From assembly GCF_001194135.2 (NCBI RefSeq), contig NC_068997.1, positions 19,606,388 through 19,670,387 on the forward strand: a stretch of DNA of 64,000 nt, read 5' to 3'. This document shows, piece after piece, positions 60,318 to 64,000 of the stretch. The position numbers and the translations under genes were made by a program. A model generated the notes under the pieces. The model was not told the DNA's origin and did no database searches. It saw only the letters and a program-made list of their open reading frames with translations. Within the stretch, counting starts at the first letter, position 1. The number at the start of each line of letters is the position of its first letter. This DNA comes from Octopus bimaculoides. Lineage: Eukaryota.

Positions 60318-61162
60318 GTCGTTTAATGTCTGCCTTCCATGCTGCTATGGGTTGGACAGTTTGGCAGGAGCCTGCATCAGACTTCCATGGTGCCATGTAA
60401 AAAGCAACTCTTTGGGAATGGCACTTCTTCACACATCTCTCCTCATCCATCCGTAGTACATGACCATACCAGCGCAAACATCTCTCTTGCATGCCACATC
60501 CGATGCTTCTTATGTCCAAAATTTCTCTCAGAGCACTTACACTCTGTTGTGTGTGCACACTGACATTACACATCCAGTGGATCATGCTAGCTTCATTTCT
60601 TTCAAGCTTACGCATGTCCTCCACAGTCATGGCCCATGTTTCACTGCTGTGAAGCATGGTAGTTCGCACACATGCATTGTACAATCTACCTTTCACTCTG
60701 AGCGAGAAGCCCTTTGTCATCAGTAGGGGTAGAAGCTTTCTAAACTTTGCCTAGACTATTCTTATTCTAGTGGTAACACTCTCTGAGTATCCACCCCCAC
60801 TACCACTTAGGTAGCAGAAGCTATCAATTACTTCTAGTTTCTCCCCTGGAGTGTGATGGAATCTGTTTTCTGAGCGTCTGTAGTGTTTATTGCCCCTGTG
60901 CATCTGCCACACACGAAAGCTATCTTCTCAGTTAATCTTCCTTTGATGTTGCTGCACCTCTTATGTGTCCATAGCTTACACTGGGTACATCTTATGGAGT
61001 TTCTACCTTGACCTTCCTTCTCACTAGAACTTTGGTCTTTGGTACATTGATTCTAAGGCCTTTTGATTCTAAACCTTGTTTCCACACCCGGAATTTCTTT
61101 TCTAGTTCCGGTAGTGATTCTGCTATGAGGGCCAGGTCATCAGCATAGAGGAGCTCCCAGGG
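60318..61162 (-). pseudogene. RTE-clade LINE ORF2 fragment (RT YADD motif, PHD-like finger, C-terminal region, 3' tail)
   Basis: PWELLYADDLALIAESLPELEKKFRVWKQGLESKGLRINVPKTK; GRNSIRCTQCKLWTHKRCSNIKG...FVCGRC; SFCYL; RLYNACVRTTMLHSSETW...RCLRWYGHVLRMDEERCVKK. Two frameshifts and one stop. Confidence 0.93.
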
Positions 61163-61896
61163 TATATGTATGTGTATATATATATATATGTACATAAGTT
61201 GGAACATTGCTAATTCCTCATGCGATATTCAAAAAATCTTTACAGTTTCATGCCTGTGAATGGTAAGGTTGTGAGTTCAATTACCAGTGGTGTGTTGTGT
61301 CCTTGAGCAAGACACTTTCTTTCACCTNNNNNNNNNNNNNNNNNNNNNNNNNNNNNNNNNNNNNNNNNNNNNNNNNNNNNNNNNNNNNNNNNNNNNNNNN
61401 NNNNNNNNNNNNNNNNNNNNNNNNNNNNNNNNNNNNNNNNNNNNNNNNNNNNNNNNNNNNNNNNNNNNNNNNNNNNNNNNNNNNNNNNNNNNNNNNNNNN
61501 NNNNNNNNNNNNNNNNNNNNNNNNNNNNNNNNNNNNNNNNNNNNNNNNNNNNNNNNNNNNNNNNNNNNNNNNNNNNNNNNNNNNNNNNNNNNNNNNNNNN
61601 NNNNNNNNNNNNNNNNNNNNNNNNNNNNNNNNATCTAGTGGTGATAGCAAAGGGACAATTACTTCTAAAGAGAGGGAAGGTGTAAGCAGTATGCATGGAC
61701 AAGGCTATAAAATGTATTAGAATCTAAAGGTATTTAAGGTAATGCTCGCATTACTTAAATAAATTGAAGTAGCATGAAACGTGCGTACTGCAATCACCTT
61801 TGAAATCCGTGTTGCTTATTTTTTGATTTTGATCACCTATCCTTTTGGGATACGATATTCGGGTGCCTACGCATAAGTACCATATTCAACCTTGAA

Positions 61897-61929
<33 letters not shown>

Positions 61930-62135
61930 GTGTGTGTATATATATATATGTATATATAAAAATGTATGTATATATGTATGTGTATATATATATATATGTA
62001 CATAAGTTGGAACATTGCTAATTCCTCATGCGATATTCAAAAAATCTTTACAGTTTCATGCCTGTGAATGGTAAGGTTGTGAGTTCAATTACCAGTGGTG
62101 TGTTGTGTCCTTGAGCAAGACACTTTCTTTCACCT
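61163..62135. repeat. identical 165 bp direct duplication around a gap
   Basis: 61163-61327 equals 61971-62135 (offset 808); the first copy ends exactly at the N-run 61328-61632. Confidence 0.9.
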
Positions 62136-62355
62136 TGCTCTAACCAGTCCATTCAGGTGATGAAAATGAGTTGTACCTGTAATTCAAAGACCTTGCTTTG
62201 TCAGATTCTGTCTTGCTTTGAATATCTCAGAGAACTACATTAGGGGTATTTGTGTCTGTGGAGTGCTCAGCCACTTCCTTGTTAATTTCAAAGCAGGATA
62301 TTCTGTTGATTGGATCAACTGGAACCCTCGTCATCATAACTGTCAGACTGCCAGT
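62060..62355 (+). mobile_element. family C core with the tail of the 16572-16964 SINE
   Basis: ccttgagcaagacac...gaaaatgagttgtacctgtaattcaaag...gctcagccact...ggatcaactggaaccctcg. Confidence 0.8.
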
Positions 62356-63488
62356 ATATATATATATTTATTGTTTTCATGTGCAATTATATATATTGAA
62401 ATGTCATGCAGTACGTTCTTTTGGCAGAGTACTATACACACACACAAACACACATATTATGTGTGGGTGTGTGAAAGAAAAAGAGAGAGAGAGAGTGTGA
62501 GTCAAGTTTTATTATTTTAGCATGCAAGAGAACAGTTGTTGTTGTTTGTTCCTTCTTGAGCCATGCCTGGCTCAAGAGGGCTGGTTTCTCAGTTTTGGTT
62601 CTGGTCGTACAAGTCCTGATGATGCTCGTGACTGACCAAAGTCCAAGTTTCAGACACTGGCTACATGTCATTCTCCAAAATTGCAACCAGTGAGAAAGAG
62701 AACTAGGCTTCATTTCTGCTTAACCCCCAAGTCTGACATCCTTTTGAACAAAGAAGCATGGTGTTTGGTATTTATTTAATATGCATTACTAAAGTTGCAT
62801 GTGACAGTTACTATAAAACAACAAAGGTCTGATTTGATTTTCATTCAAATATTTTAATTGTTGTTATTGAAATATGGACTTGTGTAATTATTTAGAATAA
62901 CGATATGCATTTGTGGTTTGGCAAAACAAAGACCCCCTACTCTGTTTCAATTCTCTATATTTACAAACAAAATGTTTTTCTCTATTATATCTAATGTATT
63001 CGTTACAGTCAGTTAATTATTATGATGTAAATCAGTTATTTTTAGTTGAATTTGTTTTTCCCCAAGCTAAATTAAGACCTTATTTATTCAATTTCCAAGC
63101 AATATTTTGTTTTCTGTGGTCTTAATACCCTCTATAGAAACACATTTTAATTACAGTTTGGTGAATAAGTGAAAAAACAAGCAAAAAAACCAAAAAAAAA
63201 CCATCAAACAAAAGCAACCAGAAAACACTACAAAATTTGCAACAGCATAAAATTGCATAAAGAATTTTCTTTCATAGAAACACATTTGGAGTAAAATTGA
63301 TATTAAAAATATATTTTTTCTTAATTAATTTTTTTTCTTCTCTGCAATGCTTTTATCATTTTCATTATCTTTTTTTATTCAGAATGATATCCAATGTTAC
63401 AAATCTCAACTTGCAATGAAATTGATAATCTTCCTTCAATCAGATTTTCATATTCTGTGAAATGATAAAAAATTCAGTATCAGACCTC

Positions 63489-63489
<1 letters not shown>

Positions 63490-63554
<65 letters not shown>

Positions 63555-64000
63555 TACTATTGTTGTTGTTGTTGTTATTATTATTCGACATTTGATAGTT
63601 TTAGGCAAATTTCTGTTGCATCACCTGCTACACCTCCATGTTGCCGAGGTGTGTATAGTATTGTGTGGTCTTTTATTTTTCCTGTTCTTGGGGAGTGAAA
63701 ACTCTTCCCAGTGTTGTATTGCATCAGTTTGTTTTGTCATGGGGTTTCGCTGCAGTCTTTTGTTGTACTAGTGTTTCTTCTATTGTGTGTAATGTGAGTT
63801 GTGTTTGTTGGGTAGCCAACCTGTAGAGTACATGTTGTGGGGGTTGTTTATTTTATTAGATATTTAGTGTATAGAGTGTGTCTTGTGTTCGTGGATTGTT
63901 TTATTTGGATTGTACTATTGAACTGATAGTGTCTTGCATAGGATGTGGGTTGTTCCTAGCAGGGATATTTTTTGGATAGTGTATAGTGCTGAGGGTCCAA
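63490..64000 (-). mobile_element. probable LINE 3' remnant with (CAA)n(TAA)n tail
   Basis: Strong A/C skew on the minus strand ending gatgcaacagaaatttgcctaaaactatcaaatgtcgaataataataacaacaac; multiple stops, no diagnostic motif recognised. Confidence 0.4.

Larger units (their letters stand above)
11467..61632. other. 12 assembly gaps (N runs)
   Basis: 11467-11476, 19577-19676, 21340-21550, 24469-24707, 25448-25706, 31414-31423, 34252-35061, 37681-37712, 45455-45538, 54996-55623, 59844-60317, 61328-61632; many abut (TA)n or (CA)n. Confidence 0.98.

Noticed and set aside
19442-61702. ORFs of 100-480 aa containing X runs
   Set aside because: They are open only because they cross N gaps. Only the RTE-derived parts (35062-35386, 60318-61162) are meaningful.
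424-64000. Long ORFs rich in poly-I/M/H/V/S/P or YI/CV/HT repeats (e.g. 424-708, 18448-18729, 29419-29748, 30727-31263, 35178-35759)
   Set aside because: They are translations of (CAT)n, (GGT)n, (TA)n and (CA)n microsatellites, which lack stops in some frames.

Overview
This is AT-rich, microsatellite-dense animal genomic DNA with 12 N-gaps. The repeat landscape suggests an octopus draft assembly such as Octopus bimaculoides (inference). I found no complete protein-coding gene, rRNA, true tRNA or CRISPR array. Almost all listed ORFs are translations of microsatellites, N-runs or SINEs. What is supportable: (1) dozens of copies of about five short retroposon families, labelled A-E here (tRNA-headed SINEs plus a (GAT)n-tailed RTE-type family); (2) decayed coding fragments of two RTE-clade LINEs (one with a YADD motif and a PHD-like Cys/His finger), a Hero/NeSL-like RLE retrotransposon and two mariner transposases; (3) TTAA-flanked piggyBac-type, hAT-Charlie-type and pogo/Tigger-type MITEs; (4) three long near-perfect foldbacks (2947-3291, 51911-52220, 59494-59816), the last with TTAGGG repeats in its loop; (5) three Penelope-type termini with minimal hammerhead-ribozyme-like architecture; and (6) a SINE-free, CpG-retaining 4 kb block (about 5.3-9.4 kb) that looks like a possibly bidirectional promoter region. 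Most of the rest is probably intronic or intergenic. A few weak exon candidates are flagged at low confidence. Repeat boundaries are read by eye and are approximate unless a TSD or TIR is given.
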